Shown: positions 12,019 to 22,849, counted from the first letter of the stretch. The stretch is DNA of 64,000 bases from Verrucomicrobiaceae bacterium (GCA_051252135.1 JBPOGH010000006.1:128001-192000), one strand, 5' to 3'. Made by a program: numbers and translations. The notes: generated from the sequence alone by a model not told the origin.

Positions 12019-15000
12019 ATGAGCAAGCGTGTCTTGAATCACCCGCAGCCACCCAAAGAGGGTGATGCTTCGAAGGCCTGGCGTAGTGTCGGTGAAAAGG
12101 AGGGCTCCAAGTCTTTCCGCAACGACCTTGAGCGCGAATTCCCCAACGGTGATACACTCACCGAGGAGGAGCAGGGCCTTTCCCGTCGTAACTTCACGAA
12201 GCTTATGGGGGCTTCGTCCGCTCTTGCGGGTTTGAGTCTGGCTTCCTGCCGGCGCCCCGAGAGTTACATTGTGCCTTATAAAAAGGCGCCCGAGTGGGTG
12301 ATCCCCGGCAAGCCTCTTTTTTATGCAACGACGATGCCGCGTGTCGGTGGTGGGGTGCCGCTTTTGGTGACCACGGTTGAAGGTCGTCCCAAAAAGTTGG
12401 AGCCGGCAACCGATCATCCCGATGCCGCCGGAACAGATGCTCTTGTTCAGGCTTCGATTCTCGACCTTTATTCTCCGTCGCGTTCCCAGGATATCCTGAA
12501 GGACGGTCAGGTGAGTGATTTTGCCGCACTTGGCGCAGGACTTAAGGCTCTTGATCTTTCCCGGACCGCATTAGTTTTTGGTTCGGATGACTCTCCGACC
12601 CGCAACCGCCTCGCCAAAGAGTTGGCAGGAAAAGGTGCTACGCTTGTGTCCTACGAGGCGCTTGATGGTGATCTTGAGGCCGGGACGGCGAATGTGGTCG
12701 ATTTCTCGAAAGCAGACCGGATTCTTTCGCTCGACTGTGACTTCCTTGGCACCGATCCCGTAGGCAACAGCCGCGAATTTTCCAAGCGCCGTCAGGGTGG
12801 CAATGCAAATTACGATCAAGAAGGGGATATCAATCCTGACCAGATGAACCGTCTTTACCAGGTGGAGACGCAATTCAGCATCACGGGTGGAATGGCTGAC
12901 CACCGTTTGCGTGTGGCGCCAAGTCGGGTCGCTCTTGTGGCAGCCGATATTGCCAAGGCCCTTGGTGTGAGTGTTTCCGGTGGTGCAACGGACGCTGATA
13001 AGGCAGCTCTTTTCCCCGGTGGTGACGCTGGTCTTTACGATACTTGGGTTGCCCAGTGTGCAGCCGATCTCCAAAAGTCCGGTGCCAAGTCGCTTGTGGT
13101 CGCGGGAACCCGCCAGACCAAAGCAGTTCAACAAATCGCAACGGCAATCAACGCCAAGCTCGGTTCCGAAGCGGTCAAGGCTGTCAGTACAGACCTCGGT
13201 CAGTATGGCTCGATGTCCGACCTTTCTGCCAAGGTTGAAAGTGGAGCGGTGAAGAACATCGTGTTCCTCACGCCATCTGACCCCGCATACGATTTCGACG
13301 GTTTCGATGCCCTTGCCGGGAAGGTGGATGCGATTGTTCACCTCGGACTGCGCACCAACTTTACGGCATGGAAGGCCAACTGGCACATTCCTGCCCGCCA
13401 CTTCCTTGAAAGCTGGAGTGATTCCCGCTCTGCTTCAGGAGTTGTTTCTCTTATCCAGCCGATGATCTTCATGCCGTATCAGGCAGTGTCCGAGCTGGAG
13501 TTGCTTCACGTCCTCAATGGGGGTGATTTTGCGAAGGGTGATTTTTCGCCGGCAATGGGTGAGGTGAAGACGACCTTTGGCGCACTTTCCGGTAAGGCGG
13601 AGGACAAGGATTGGCGCGAGGCGCTCAAGAACGGTTTTGCCGAAGGGACCTCCTACGCAGCGGGTTCCGCTCAATCGGTTGCCATTTCAGTGGAAGCCGG
13701 AGCCCAGCCATCTGCTGAAAATATCGAAGTGGTGTTCGCAACCGATGCATCGGTTTTGGACGGTCGCTATATTGATAATGCCTGGCTTCAGGAATCTCCT
13801 GATCCCGTCACCAAGTTGACTTGGGACAACGCCGCTCAGATTTCACCGCAGACTGCCAAAGACCTCGGTATTTACGACAAGGTTATCGCTCTTGAACCCA
13901 AGGGGAGCTTTGCGTTTTCCGAGCCATTTAAGCGTGCTGCCGAGGCCCCAATCGGGGAAGGTGAACATGCCCGCGCGCCGTTCATTACCATCACCATCGG
14001 TGAGCGTAAGGTGAAAGTGCCTGTGCTGATCGCATTCGGTCATGCGGACAATGCGATCACTCTTCCACTAGGATACGGACAGGCTGCAGACGACGGTCGC
14101 GAAAGCGCCATCGCTCTCGACGAAAACCAGCCTGTGGTAGGGCACGTTGGGCTCAATGCCGGATTCAACGCCTATGCACTGCGCAGTGCCGAGACTCCTT
14201 ATTTTGCGGCCGGTGCAAAAGTTTCTCCGACCGAAGAAGCCTACAAAGTTGCTCTGACTCAGGAGCACCATTCGATGTATGGCCGTGCGATTGCCCGCGA
14301 AATCTCCACTGCCGACAATGGCAAAGGTGACTTCGAAAAGCAGCTAAGCAAAGTCAAGAAGCAGGGGATCGATTCCCATGCTCCTCCCAATATTTCCCTT
14401 TATGATCCCAAAGGCGGGGTTTGGTCAAAAGACGATAAGGAAAAGAAGAACCACCTTTCCGATGATGTCCACCAATGGGGCATGGCCATCGACCTCAACA
14501 CCTGCACCGGTTGCAATGCGTGTCTCGTAGCTTGCCAGGCGGAGAATAATATCCCGGTTGTTGGCAAAGATCAGGTCGCGATGGGTCGTGAGATGCACTG
14601 GATTCGCATGGATCGTTACTTCTCCTCCATGGAGGTGGAAGTGGATCATGGTCATCCGACCGGCGAGGCGACCCCGGATTGGGCGCAGCAGAACCCGGCG
14701 ATGGTTCCCCAACCTGTTGCCTGTGTGCAGTGTGAAATGGCTCCTTGTGAGACTGTTTGCCCCGTTAACGCAACGGTTCACACCGAGGAGGGTCTCAACT
14801 CAATGGCTTACAACCGCTGTATCGGAACCCGTTACTGCGCGAACAACTGCCCCTACAAGGCCCGACGTTTCAATTTCTTCGACTACAACAAGCGCAACCC
14901 GCTCATCAAGGGCAACCTTTACAAGGGTCCCTTCGGTAAGAAGCAGGTGGGTGAGGCTCCTCATCTTCAGCGGAATCCGAACGTCACCGTTCGCATGCGC

Positions 15001-15453
15001 GGTGTGATGGAGAAGTGCACATACTGTGTGCAGCGTCTCGAGTCCGCCAAGATCAAGCAGAAGCAACAGCAGAAGCAAAACACGCTCGCTTCCGGGCTTC
15101 CTTCCACACAAGTGAAAGTTGATCGCGCCAAGGACCTCAAGGTAGCTACCGACAGCGTCAAAACCGCGTGTCAGGATGCCTGCCCAACAGAAGCCATTTC
15201 ATTCGGAAACCTCCTGGATCGTAATTCAAGGGTGGTCCGAGCGAAGGGGAACGACTTTGATTCCATCGCCCGGACCTACGAAACCCAGGAAGAGTGGGAT
15301 AAGGCGAAAATCGTTGGAAGCTTGCGCAACTACGATCTGCTCAACTACGTCAACACCCGTCCGCGCACGAGCTACCTGGCTCGTGTGAAGAATCCGAATA
15401 AGGACATGCCAGATGCGAAATACCTCGGTCAGGCCACCATCAACATTCATTAA
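12019..15453 (+). CDS. actB: ACIII subunit B (molybdopterin-oxidoreductase-like + Fe-S domain)
   Basis: Tat motif SRRNFTK followed by LASC; CTGCNACLVAC, CVQCEMAPCETVCP, CIGTRYCANNCP, EKCTYC. Confidence 0.93.
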   Translation: MSKRVLNHPQPPKEGDASKAWRSVGEKEGSKSFRNDLEREFPNGDTLTEEEQGLSRRNFTKLMGASSALAGLSLASCRRPESYIVPYKKAPEWVIPGKPLFYATTMPRVGGGVPLLVTTVEGRPKKLEPATDHPDAAGTDALVQASILDLYSPSRSQDILKDGQVSDFAALGAGLKALDLSRTALVFGSDDSPTRNRLAKELAGKGATLVSYEALDGDLEAGTANVVDFSKADRILSLDCDFLGTDPVGNSREFSKRRQGGNANYDQEGDINPDQMNRLYQVETQFSITGGMADHRLRVAPSRVALVAADIAKALGVSVSGGATDADKAALFPGGDAGLYDTWVAQCAADLQKSGAKSLVVAGTRQTKAVQQIATAINAKLGSEAVKAVSTDLGQYGSMSDLSAKVESGAVKNIVFLTPSDPAYDFDGFDALAGKVDAIVHLGLRTNFTAWKANWHIPARHFLESWSDSRSASGVVSLIQPMIFMPYQAVSELELLHVLNGGDFAKGDFSPAMGEVKTTFGALSGKAEDKDWREALKNGFAEGTSYAAGSAQSVAISVEAGAQPSAENIEVVFATDASVLDGRYIDNAWLQESPDPVTKLTWDNAAQISPQTAKDLGIYDKVIALEPKGSFAFSEPFKRAAEAPIGEGEHARAPFITITIGERKVKVPVLIAFGHADNAITLPLGYGQAADDGRESAIALDENQPVVGHVGLNAGFNAYALRSAETPYFAAGAKVSPTEEAYKVALTQEHHSMYGRAIAREISTADNGKGDFEKQLSKVKKQGIDSHAPPNISLYDPKGGVWSKDDKEKKNHLSDDVHQWGMAIDLNTCTGCNACLVACQAENNIPVVGKDQVAMGREMHWIRMDRYFSSMEVEVDHGHPTGEATPDWAQQNPAMVPQPVACVQCEMAPCETVCPVNATVHTEEGLNSMAYNRCIGTRYCANNCPYKARRFNFFDYNKRNPLIKGNLYKGPFGKKQVGEAPHLQRNPNVTVRMRGVMEKCTYCVQRLESAKIKQKQQQKQNTLASGLPSTQVKVDRAKDLKVATDSVKTACQDACPTEAISFGNLLDRNSRVVRAKGNDFDSIARTYETQEEWDKAKIVGSLRNYDLLNYVNTRPRTSYLARVKNPNKDMPDAKYLGQATINIH

Positions 15454-15474
15454 TTCTTTCCTGCGACAGAACCT

Positions 15475-17004
15475 ATGTCCGAAGCGGCCACACAGTCTAC
15501 AAACGACGCCAGCGCGGTGAAAATCCCCGTCCTGGAACGCGAGAAATTGATTCTCAACGAGCGTTCCTACGGATGGATCACCGAACGAATCTGCGGCGTG
15601 ATCGAAAACCGCCAGCCATTGCTCTGGTGGATCCTTTTCATTCCCAGCGCGATCATCGCCCTTGTCGGCGTGGTTGGCGGCCTGACTTACCTTGTCTCGA
15701 CCGGGGTAGGGGTGTGGGGAAACACGAACCGCGTGATGTGGGGATGGCCGATCGTAAACTTCGTGTTCTGGATTGGTATTGGACATGCCGGAACCCTGAT
15801 TTCCGCGATTTTGTTCCTAACCCGTCAAAACTGGCGCACCTCGATTAACCGGGCTGCGGAAGCGATGACCATTTTCGCGGTGATGTGCGCGGGTATCTTC
15901 CCGGCCTTCCACGTGGGACGTGTCTGGATGGCCTGGTTCCTTGCTCCAATTCCCAATGCCAATGCGATCTGGCAAAACTTCAAATCACCACTTCTGTGGG
16001 ACGTGTTCGCGGTTTCGACCTACTTTACCGTTTCCCTGATCTTCTGGTTCCTTGGCATGGTGCCCGACCTTGCCACGATTCGTGATCGCTGTAAGCCCGG
16101 CATTCGTAAGTTCGCCTATGGTCTTGCCGCTTTGGGATGGCGCGGCGGTAACCGTCAGTGGAGCCACTACGAAATGGCTTACCTCCTTCTGGCCGCTCTT
16201 TCCACGCCGCTTGTGCTCTCGGTGCACTCGGTGGTTTCGTTCGACTTCGCCACTTCGGTGGTGCCCGGCTGGCACACCACCATTTTCCCACCTTACTTTG
16301 TGGCAGGGGCAATTTTCGGCGGCTTCGCCATGGTACTCACGATCATGATTCCGGCTCGTTTCATCTACGGCCTGCAGGACATGATTACGATGAAACACAT
16401 CGATAACATGGCCAAGATCATCCTGCTCACGGGAACGATCGTGGGATATGCCTACCTGATGGAGCTCTTCATCGCGTTCTACTCGGGAGCGAAATACGAG
16501 GGGGCTGCCTTCCTCTACCGACTCTCCGGACCGTATTGGTGGGCCTACCTCGCCATGATGTCTTGTAACGTTCTTTCTCCTCAGATCTTCTGGTTCAAAT
16601 CGATGCGTGAAAACCTCTGGGTGGTCATGGCCGTCGCGATGTGTGTGAACATCGGGATGTGGTTTGAGCGCTTTGTGATCATCGTCACTACCCTGGCCCG
16701 GATGTGGCTTCCCGGTGACTGGAAGACCTACAGCCCAAGTGCGGTCGATGTGCTGACCTTTGTGGGAACGATCGGCATGTTCCTCGCCCTGTTCCTTCTT
16801 TTCCTCCGTTTCCTCCCGTGCATCAACATTGCCGAGGTGAAATGGACTCTCCCTGAAAGTGATCCTCACGACGAAGACAAGGAAGAGCACCCTGACGACG
16901 GGGTGGAAAAAATCGCCGCTTATCAATACGAACTTCAAGATGACTCCCAGAGTGCTGCCGAGGACGCAGTTGCTCAGGAAGACTCCAAGACTGCAGACGC
17001 ATGA
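15475..17004 (+). CDS. actC: ACIII subunit C (NrfD/PsrC family)
   Basis: [53 protein letters not shown]. Confidence 0.95.
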   Translation: MSEAATQSTNDASAVKIPVLEREKLILNERSYGWITERICGVIENRQPLLWWILFIPSAIIALVGVVGGLTYLVSTGVGVWGNTNRVMWGWPIVNFVFWIGIGHAGTLISAILFLTRQNWRTSINRAAEAMTIFAVMCAGIFPAFHVGRVWMAWFLAPIPNANAIWQNFKSPLLWDVFAVSTYFTVSLIFWFLGMVPDLATIRDRCKPGIRKFAYGLAALGWRGGNRQWSHYEMAYLLLAALSTPLVLSVHSVVSFDFATSVVPGWHTTIFPPYFVAGAIFGGFAMVLTIMIPARFIYGLQDMITMKHIDNMAKIILLTGTIVGYAYLMELFIAFYSGAKYEGAAFLYRLSGPYWWAYLAMMSCNVLSPQIFWFKSMRENLWVVMAVAMCVNIGMWFERFVIIVTTLARMWLPGDWKTYSPSAVDVLTFVGTIGMFLALFLLFLRFLPCINIAEVKWTLPESDPHDEDKEEHPDDGVEKIAAYQYELQDDSQSAAEDAVAQEDSKTADA

Positions 17005-17558
17005 GCACCCGAGTTTCCAGAGTTTACGGCTATTTGGCCGAATTCAACAACGCTTCGCAGCTCTACAAGGCTGCCGAGAAAGTCCGCGATGCCGGATTTA
17101 AGAAGTGGGACTGTTTTTCCCCGTATCCCATCCACGGATTGGATGATGCGATGGGTATTAAGCGCTCCATTCTCCCTTACTTTGTATTTTTCGGAGGATT
17201 GACGGGATTTTGCACCGCGTTCGTTTTGGCCTATTCCACCCAAGTGGGGCTCTACCCAACAATTGTGCAGGGTAAGCCGGCAAACATCTTCACCACGGCG
17301 GCATTCTTCCCGGTGATGTTTGAGCTCACCATTCTCTTTTCGGGCTTTACCACACTGTTCGGTCTTCTCGGATTGATGGGACTGCCCCGCTGGAACCATC
17401 CTCTCTTCGCGAGCAAGCAATTCTCCGGAGCGACCGATGACAAATTCTTCATCGCCATTGAAGCGCGTGATGCGAAGTTTTCCGCCGAGGGAACGAAAGC
17501 GCTTCTCGCTGAGATCGGTGGCGCAAACATTGAACTGGTGGAGGACGACTCCGAGTAA
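17001..17558 (+). CDS. actD: ACIII subunit D (DUF3341)
   Basis: [20 protein letters not shown]; position in operon. Confidence 0.92.
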   Translation: MSTRVSRVYGYLAEFNNASQLYKAAEKVRDAGFKKWDCFSPYPIHGLDDAMGIKRSILPYFVFFGGLTGFCTAFVLAYSTQVGLYPTIVQGKPANIFTTAAFFPVMFELTILFSGFTTLFGLLGLMGLPRWNHPLFASKQFSGATDDKFFIAIEARDAKFSAEGTKALLAEIGGANIELVEDDSE

Positions 17559-17561
17559 GCC

Positions 17562-18182
17562 ATGAAATATTTCTTCCTAGCCTACCTTGCCGTTGCCTTA
17601 TTGGTGGTGGGAATCTTTGGATTCCGTGGTGACAAGTTTTCCCAAGCTCCAATCCGTGTCTTTCCCGACATGGACGAACAGGACAAAGTGAAGGCCCAGA
17701 AGCCCAGCGCCTTCTTCGAAGATGGCATGGGTTCCCGCGAGCCAATCCCGGGAACGGTTCCCAATTCGGGTGATGATGGCGTCTTCGCTGTCGACTTCTC
17801 TGCAGGGCGTGATGGCTACTATGCCACCGGCGAGCATGAAGGCACCTATGGAAACGGGATGCCCTCCGAGCTGAGCCTCGGTGATGAGGCGGCCTCGACC
17901 GCGCTTCTTGGACGGGGCAAGGACATGTATGGCGTTCACTGTGCCATCTGCCACGGTGACTCCGGCGATGGCAAAGGTGTCGTTGGTCACTACTTCTCCC
18001 AATCCAACGTGGTTGTGGCGAGCATTCACAACTTTCCACAGTCATCCCACCCGGATGGCTATATTTTCAACGTGATCAGCAACGGTAAGGGAAACATGGG
18101 AGGTTATAAGCACAACCTTCCACTCCGTGACCGTTGGGCGATCGTGGCTTACCTCCGCACACTTCAGGCTGCTGCCAAATAA
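17562..18182 (+). CDS. actE: ACIII monoheme cytochrome c subunit E
   Basis: FPDMDEQ, CAICHG, MGGY, DRWAIVAY. Confidence 0.9.
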   Translation: MKYFFLAYLAVALLVVGIFGFRGDKFSQAPIRVFPDMDEQDKVKAQKPSAFFEDGMGSREPIPGTVPNSGDDGVFAVDFSAGRDGYYATGEHEGTYGNGMPSELSLGDEAASTALLGRGKDMYGVHCAICHGDSGDGKGVVGHYFSQSNVVVASIHNFPQSSHPDGYIFNVISNGKGNMGGYKHNLPLRDRWAIVAYLRTLQAAAK

Positions 18183-18202
18183 ATTTCAACGGTGATCAAG
18201 AC

Positions 18203-19534
18203 ATGGCTCACTTCGTAACATCGAAAGACATTCCGACCAACGGCGAACACCTCGACAAGGGGAAGCTCGCGATGGTGAAAATGGTGACGGGCGGCATTGC
18301 CGGCGTTGGCCTTCTGGGAAGTATCGTATTTCTCCTGACCGGCAACGGGACCGCTCATGGTTCCTACGCCTTTTCATGGCTCTTTGCGCTCTTCTTCGTG
18401 CTGACCATCACCTTCGGTGGATGTTTCTGGACGCTCCTGCATAACCTGTCCAATTCGGGGTGGGGGACTTCGGTCCGTCGTCTTATGGAGAACCTGGGAT
18501 TCGTGTTCCCGTTCATGATTCTCTTTTCAATTCCTCTTCTTTTCCCGGGAGTTCAAAAGTATCTTTGGGAATGGATGACGGCGTTCGGAAACGCCGTTGC
18601 AGACCATCCCGAGATGTCCAGCAGCGAAGCGCTCATGCACAGTTCTGATGCACATGACCACCTTCTCGCCAAGAAGACCTTCTACCTGAGCCCCGGCTTC
18701 TGGCACTTCCGCTTTTTCTTCTACTTCATTGGCCTTGGCGGGGTGATCTGGTTGTTGCGTAAGATTTCGATCGCGCAGGACACCGATCCCAAGCCAGGTG
18801 TGGGTAATCTTTTCAAAGCACGCTCCTACTCCTCATGGGGCATGATCATCTTCGGGGTCTCGATGACTTTCCTTGCCCTCGATTGGGTGATGGCTCTCGA
18901 TTACTCGTGGTTCTCCACGATGTTCGGAGTTTATGTCTTCGCCGGTTCGGCCTTGAGCGCGATGGCGGTGTTGATTCTTACTTCGGTGATTCTTCAAAAG
19001 ATGGGCTACCTCAACAAGGTGGTGACCAAGGAGCATCATCACATCATGGGTAAGCTGATGTTTGCCTTCACGGTCTTCTGGGCATACGTGTCCTTCTCGC
19101 AGTTTTTCCTCTACTGGTATGCCAACATTCCGGAAGAGACCCGTTACTTCATCTTGCGGAACACCGGAAACTGGAACCTTCTCAGCTTGTTCCTCGTGTT
19201 CTTCCACTTTGGTGCACCCTTCCTGATGCTGCTTCGTTCCGATGTGAAGAAGAAGCCCGGCTTCCTGATTTTCATCACCTGCTACATTCTTTTCGTTCAC
19301 TTGTTGGACGTCTACCACATGATCATTCCCGAGCGTGGTCCGTCAGTTACTCTGCTTACCAGTGCGGACCACACAGCCTCGTTGTGGATCGGCGGATCGT
19401 GGCTGGGAGACATCCTCGCGCTTGTGATCGTTGTCTGCGGATTCATCTTCTTCTTCCTGCGCAATCTCTCTTCCGCAGCCCTTTACCCTCACCGCGACCC
19501 TCGTATCCTCGAGTCCGCCAACCTTTCGAACTAA
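18203..19534 (+). CDS. actF: ACIII subunit F (membrane)
   Basis: DWVMALDYSWFSTMFG, FWAYVSFSQF, WYANIPEET. Confidence 0.92.
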   Translation: MAHFVTSKDIPTNGEHLDKGKLAMVKMVTGGIAGVGLLGSIVFLLTGNGTAHGSYAFSWLFALFFVLTITFGGCFWTLLHNLSNSGWGTSVRRLMENLGFVFPFMILFSIPLLFPGVQKYLWEWMTAFGNAVADHPEMSSSEALMHSSDAHDHLLAKKTFYLSPGFWHFRFFFYFIGLGGVIWLLRKISIAQDTDPKPGVGNLFKARSYSSWGMIIFGVSMTFLALDWVMALDYSWFSTMFGVYVFAGSALSAMAVLILTSVILQKMGYLNKVVTKEHHHIMGKLMFAFTVFWAYVSFSQFFLYWYANIPEETRYFILRNTGNWNLLSLFLVFFHFGAPFLMLLRSDVKKKPGFLIFITCYILFVHLLDVYHMIIPERGPSVTLLTSADHTASLWIGGSWLGDILALVIVVCGFIFFFLRNLSSAALYPHRDPRILESANLSN

Positions 19535-19537
19535 GCC

Positions 19538-19837
19538 ATGGATCATACCCGCGATAATCCACTCAAACGTTTCACCGCGTTCTGGATCGCCCTTCTCTTG
19601 GTTGGGTGCTTCGGAATCGCCTGTGTGATTCTGCGCCCGATGACTCACTCCGATACCGAGACCGCCTATGAAATGGTGGAATCCCGTCGTCTGGAAACCC
19701 GCAACGAGATCGAGAAGGCGCAAGCTGCTGCTCTCAATTCCGACAAGCTCGAGCAACAACTTGAGTCCGCTCCCAAAACCCTGAATCAAGCTCCCTCCGC
19801 CGGAGCGATGCCGCTTCCTGCGGCAGTTACCAATTAA
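19538..19837 (+). CDS. Single-TM small protein (possible ActG analogue)
   Basis: 99 aa, one TM helix, tightly packed between actF and the ccoN-like gene. Confidence 0.7.
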   Translation: MDHTRDNPLKRFTAFWIALLLVGCFGIACVILRPMTHSDTETAYEMVESRRLETRNEIEKAQAAALNSDKLEQQLESAPKTLNQAPSAGAMPLPAAVTN

Positions 19838-19844
19838 TTTCGAT

Positions 19845-21329
19845 ATGGCTGAGACTTCTCCATCTTCAGATGCCAATGACATTGCGTTGCGGTCATCGAT
19901 TGACCGTTCTCTTCGTCATCCGGTGATGTTCTTTTTCACGAGCGGTGCCGTCTGGCTCGCTGTGGGTGCGGTATTGGGGCTGATTGCTTCTGCGAAGAAG
20001 CACATGCCTGAATTTCTCTCGTGCTGTCCATTCCTCGATGCGGGAAAAGTGGATGCGGCTCACATTAATTCCCTTGTATACGGGTGGGGAGCGCAGGCTG
20101 CCTTCGGCATGATTATTTGGCTGATGTCCCGCCTTTCCCGCAAGGAATGCACGGCGCCCGGATTGATCCTCACCGCAGGCCACATTTGGAATGCGGGAGT
20201 TCTTGTCGGGGTGGTAGGCATTCTTTTGGGGATGGGAACCGGTGTTCCGTGGATGGAATTCCCGACGGGTGTCTGGCCCGTGCTATTGGTGAGTTATTTG
20301 TTTATCACCGTTTGGTCGTTGATTCAGTTTCAGGTCCGCGATGCAGGTCATGTTTATGTGAGCCAGTGGTATCTTTTGGGTGCGCTTCTGTGGTTCCCTT
20401 GGATTTATCTCACCGCAAACCTCTTCATCTTCAGTTTTGACGGGCATCCTTTGATGGCGGCGGGAATTGCGGCTTGGTTCAAGTCGAGCCTCTTCCTTCT
20501 CTTCTTCCTTCCGGTGGCAATCGCGAGTGCCTACTTTCTGGCACCCAAGGTTACGGGAAGGCCGGTATACAGCTACAACATTGCACTCTTTGGTTTCTGG
20601 TCCCTTGCGGTAATCGGACCATGGGCCGGGATGCAGAAGTTGATTGGTGCTCCCATTCCCCAGTTCCTGCCTTATGTGGGCGCAGCGGCAATGGTCCTGA
20701 TTCTTATTCCGGCGATTGCAGTTGGAATCAACATTCTCAACACGGTGCGCGGGCATGGTGATGTCGCAGCAGCCAGTCCGTCACTTCGATTCACTGTTGC
20801 CGGGATCATCGGGTTTGTGTGCTACGGTGTTCTCTCTTTCGCGATGCATGGGTTTGGTCTTGAGCTGATTCAGTTCAGCTACACCGGATACGGCCTCGAT
20901 ATCCTCGGTCTCTACGGGGTGTTTTCGCTTTGTGCATTTGGAGCGATCTACTTCATTGTTCCCCGAATCACCCGTCGTGAGTGGCTCAGTCGCCGGTTCA
21001 TCAGTTGGCATTTCTATCTCTCGCTCTACGGAGTTGCCTCCGTTGTGATCTGCGCGATTGTAGGAGGCCTGCTTCAGGGGCAAGCGATTGAGGATTCGAC
21101 CCAATCCTTCATCGAGGGAGCTCGCCGTGCCCAAAGCTACGGCTGGGGTGTTACCCTTGCATGGGGTTTCCTGCTTCTCTCCAACCTTTTCTTCTGCCTT
21201 CACTTGCTTCTGATGTGGGCGCGCCTGGGACGCCGGTCCTCGCACCCCACGTTGCTTAAGGCCCACCATGCCGAGAGTCCTCACGGACCAGAAGGTGAAA
21301 TCGATAACTACGGATCCGCGACTTCCTAG
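19845..21329 (+). CDS. cbb3-type oxidase subunit I homolog lacking most metal ligands (pseudo-CcoN)
   Basis: ~12 TM; HVYVSQWY, PKVTGRPVYSY, WAG, LRF, IYFIVPR align to CcoN; His ligands replaced. Confidence 0.88.
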   Translation: MAETSPSSDANDIALRSSIDRSLRHPVMFFFTSGAVWLAVGAVLGLIASAKKHMPEFLSCCPFLDAGKVDAAHINSLVYGWGAQAAFGMIIWLMSRLSRKECTAPGLILTAGHIWNAGVLVGVVGILLGMGTGVPWMEFPTGVWPVLLVSYLFITVWSLIQFQVRDAGHVYVSQWYLLGALLWFPWIYLTANLFIFSFDGHPLMAAGIAAWFKSSLFLLFFLPVAIASAYFLAPKVTGRPVYSYNIALFGFWSLAVIGPWAGMQKLIGAPIPQFLPYVGAAAMVLILIPAIAVGINILNTVRGHGDVAAASPSLRFTVAGIIGFVCYGVLSFAMHGFGLELIQFSYTGYGLDILGLYGVFSLCAFGAIYFIVPRITRREWLSRRFISWHFYLSLYGVASVVICAIVGGLLQGQAIEDSTQSFIEGARRAQSYGWGVTLAWGFLLLSNLFFCLHLLLMWARLGRRSSHPTLLKAHHAESPHGPEGEIDNYGSATS

Positions 21330-21331
21330 AC

Positions 21332-22069
21332 ATGAAATTCAAAGCGTTTATTTTCGGCCTTCTCGCCAGCTTCGGTCTTCCGTGGCTCCTTGCGATTGTC
21401 GTTCCATTTTCACACATGCGCTCACTTGAGCCCGTCAAGTATGAGGGTAAGGATGTGGATGGTGGAGAAGGGGAGTATTTGCCCAAACGTGACGGGCGGA
21501 TCAAGGAAGGTTCCGAGATTTATGGAGCAGAAGGTTGTTATTATTGCCACAGCCAGCTGATTCGTCCCACCTATGCGGGTTCAGATGTTTGGCGTGATGA
21601 CTGGGCCGGTCTTGAAAAGACGCCTGATCATCCCGACACCCGCCGTGAGACCATTGAGTCGGACTACAATGATGAATTGATTGCCCACGTGGGAGTGATG
21701 CGGGTCGGTCACGATCTTTCCAACCTCGGACGTCGACTTGAGGCAAACCTCAAGGGAGGCGACCTTACGCCGGAAACCTGGTTGTATCTGCATCTCTACA
21801 ATCCACGTGGAGTTCAACCTTATCGCCAAGGATCGCAGGACCTTGAGGCGAATTCGGTTTGTCCTTCCAAACCGGGGTTGTTTTCGGAGGTTGCAGTGAA
21901 TCTTGGTGGTGGACAGGCCCTTCCTCTTAATACCGGAGGTGATGTTGCCGTGGTTCCCACAGACCGCGCCCGCGCTCTCGTTAGTTATCTTCTTTCCCTC
22001 AAAAAGGACACCCTTGGCCAGCCGTTGCCCAAGAGCCTCAATTTTAATCCCGTCCAGCCCGCAGAGTAA
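21332..22069 (+). CDS. cbb3-type subunit II (CcoO/FixO)-like cytochrome c
   Basis: G.EIY..EGCYYCHSQLIRP, RVGHDLSNLG, HLYNPR, ALVSYLLSL. Confidence 0.88.
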   Translation: MKFKAFIFGLLASFGLPWLLAIVVPFSHMRSLEPVKYEGKDVDGGEGEYLPKRDGRIKEGSEIYGAEGCYYCHSQLIRPTYAGSDVWRDDWAGLEKTPDHPDTRRETIESDYNDELIAHVGVMRVGHDLSNLGRRLEANLKGGDLTPETWLYLHLYNPRGVQPYRQGSQDLEANSVCPSKPGLFSEVAVNLGGGQALPLNTGGDVAVVPTDRARALVSYLLSLKKDTLGQPLPKSLNFNPVQPAE

Positions 22070-22072
22070 GCC

Positions 22073-22849
22073 ATGGCCGACAATTCCAATTCCCCAGACC
22101 TTCGTCCCGACCTCGACGAGAGCACCCACGTCCCCGAACTTCACGCCGACATCTCCAGCGAAGCTGCTGCGGTTGGTCGTGAGAAATCACTCCGTGAAAA
22201 CGGAATGGAGCCGGTTGGACTCTGGATGCTTCTCATTTGCGGATTCGTCCTCCTGGTCGGTGGTTCCGTGCTTGGTAAGGGTGGTGGTTTTCTGAACTAC
22301 GATGAACTCTTCAAACAAGGATACCGGCAAGCCGAAGCCCCGGGCGGAAAGGAGAAGATTCTCCTTCCCGAACCAATTGGCGATCTTTTGGCTAGAGAAG
22401 GAGCCAAGGTATACGGAAAATGCATCGGTTGCCACGGTGCCGACGGTGGTGGCGGAAACGGGATTCCTCCACTTGCTGGCTCCGAGTGGGTGACCGGGAA
22501 CACCGATCAACTTTCACAGATTATTCTCCATGGTCTCAAGGGACCGATTACAGTGGCCGGTAGTGCTTATAACAGCAACATGCCCGCGATGAGCGATGGA
22601 CTTGGACCGAAGGAACTCGCATCGGTGATGACCTACATCCGGAACTCGTGGGGCAATGAAGCACCCATCGTCAGTCCGGAAATGGCTGCAGCGGCGCTTA
22701 AGATCGCCAAAGAGCGAGGAAATGCGCAGGTCGATGTGGCCGAGCTGAAAGCGAACCACGACAAAATGCTTCCAGGTGAGCCGCTTGATCCGGCGACCCT
22801 CTTCGATCCCGAGACTCTTGAACCTGCTGAAGAAGCAGCTGCCGAATAA
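22073..22849 (+). CDS. Membrane-anchored class I cytochrome c
   Basis: TM helix, CIGCHG, PPLAGSEWV, NMPA, YIRNSWGN. Confidence 0.9.
   Translation: MADNSNSPDLRPDLDESTHVPELHADISSEAAAVGREKSLRENGMEPVGLWMLLICGFVLLVGGSVLGKGGGFLNYDELFKQGYRQAEAPGGKEKILLPEPIGDLLAREGAKVYGKCIGCHGADGGGGNGIPPLAGSEWVTGNTDQLSQIILHGLKGPITVAGSAYNSNMPAMSDGLGPKELASVMTYIRNSWGNEAPIVSPEMAAAALKIAKERGNAQVDVAELKANHDKMLPGEPLDPATLFDPETLEPAEEAAAE

Noticed and set aside
12019..15453. Active molybdoenzyme
   Set aside because: Context identifies it as ActB, whose molybdopterin-like domain is known to lack the cofactor
19845..22849. Functional cbb3-type high-affinity oxidase (ccoNOP)
   Set aside because: CuB and heme b3 ligands are absent, and the third cytochrome is monoheme, unlike diheme CcoP
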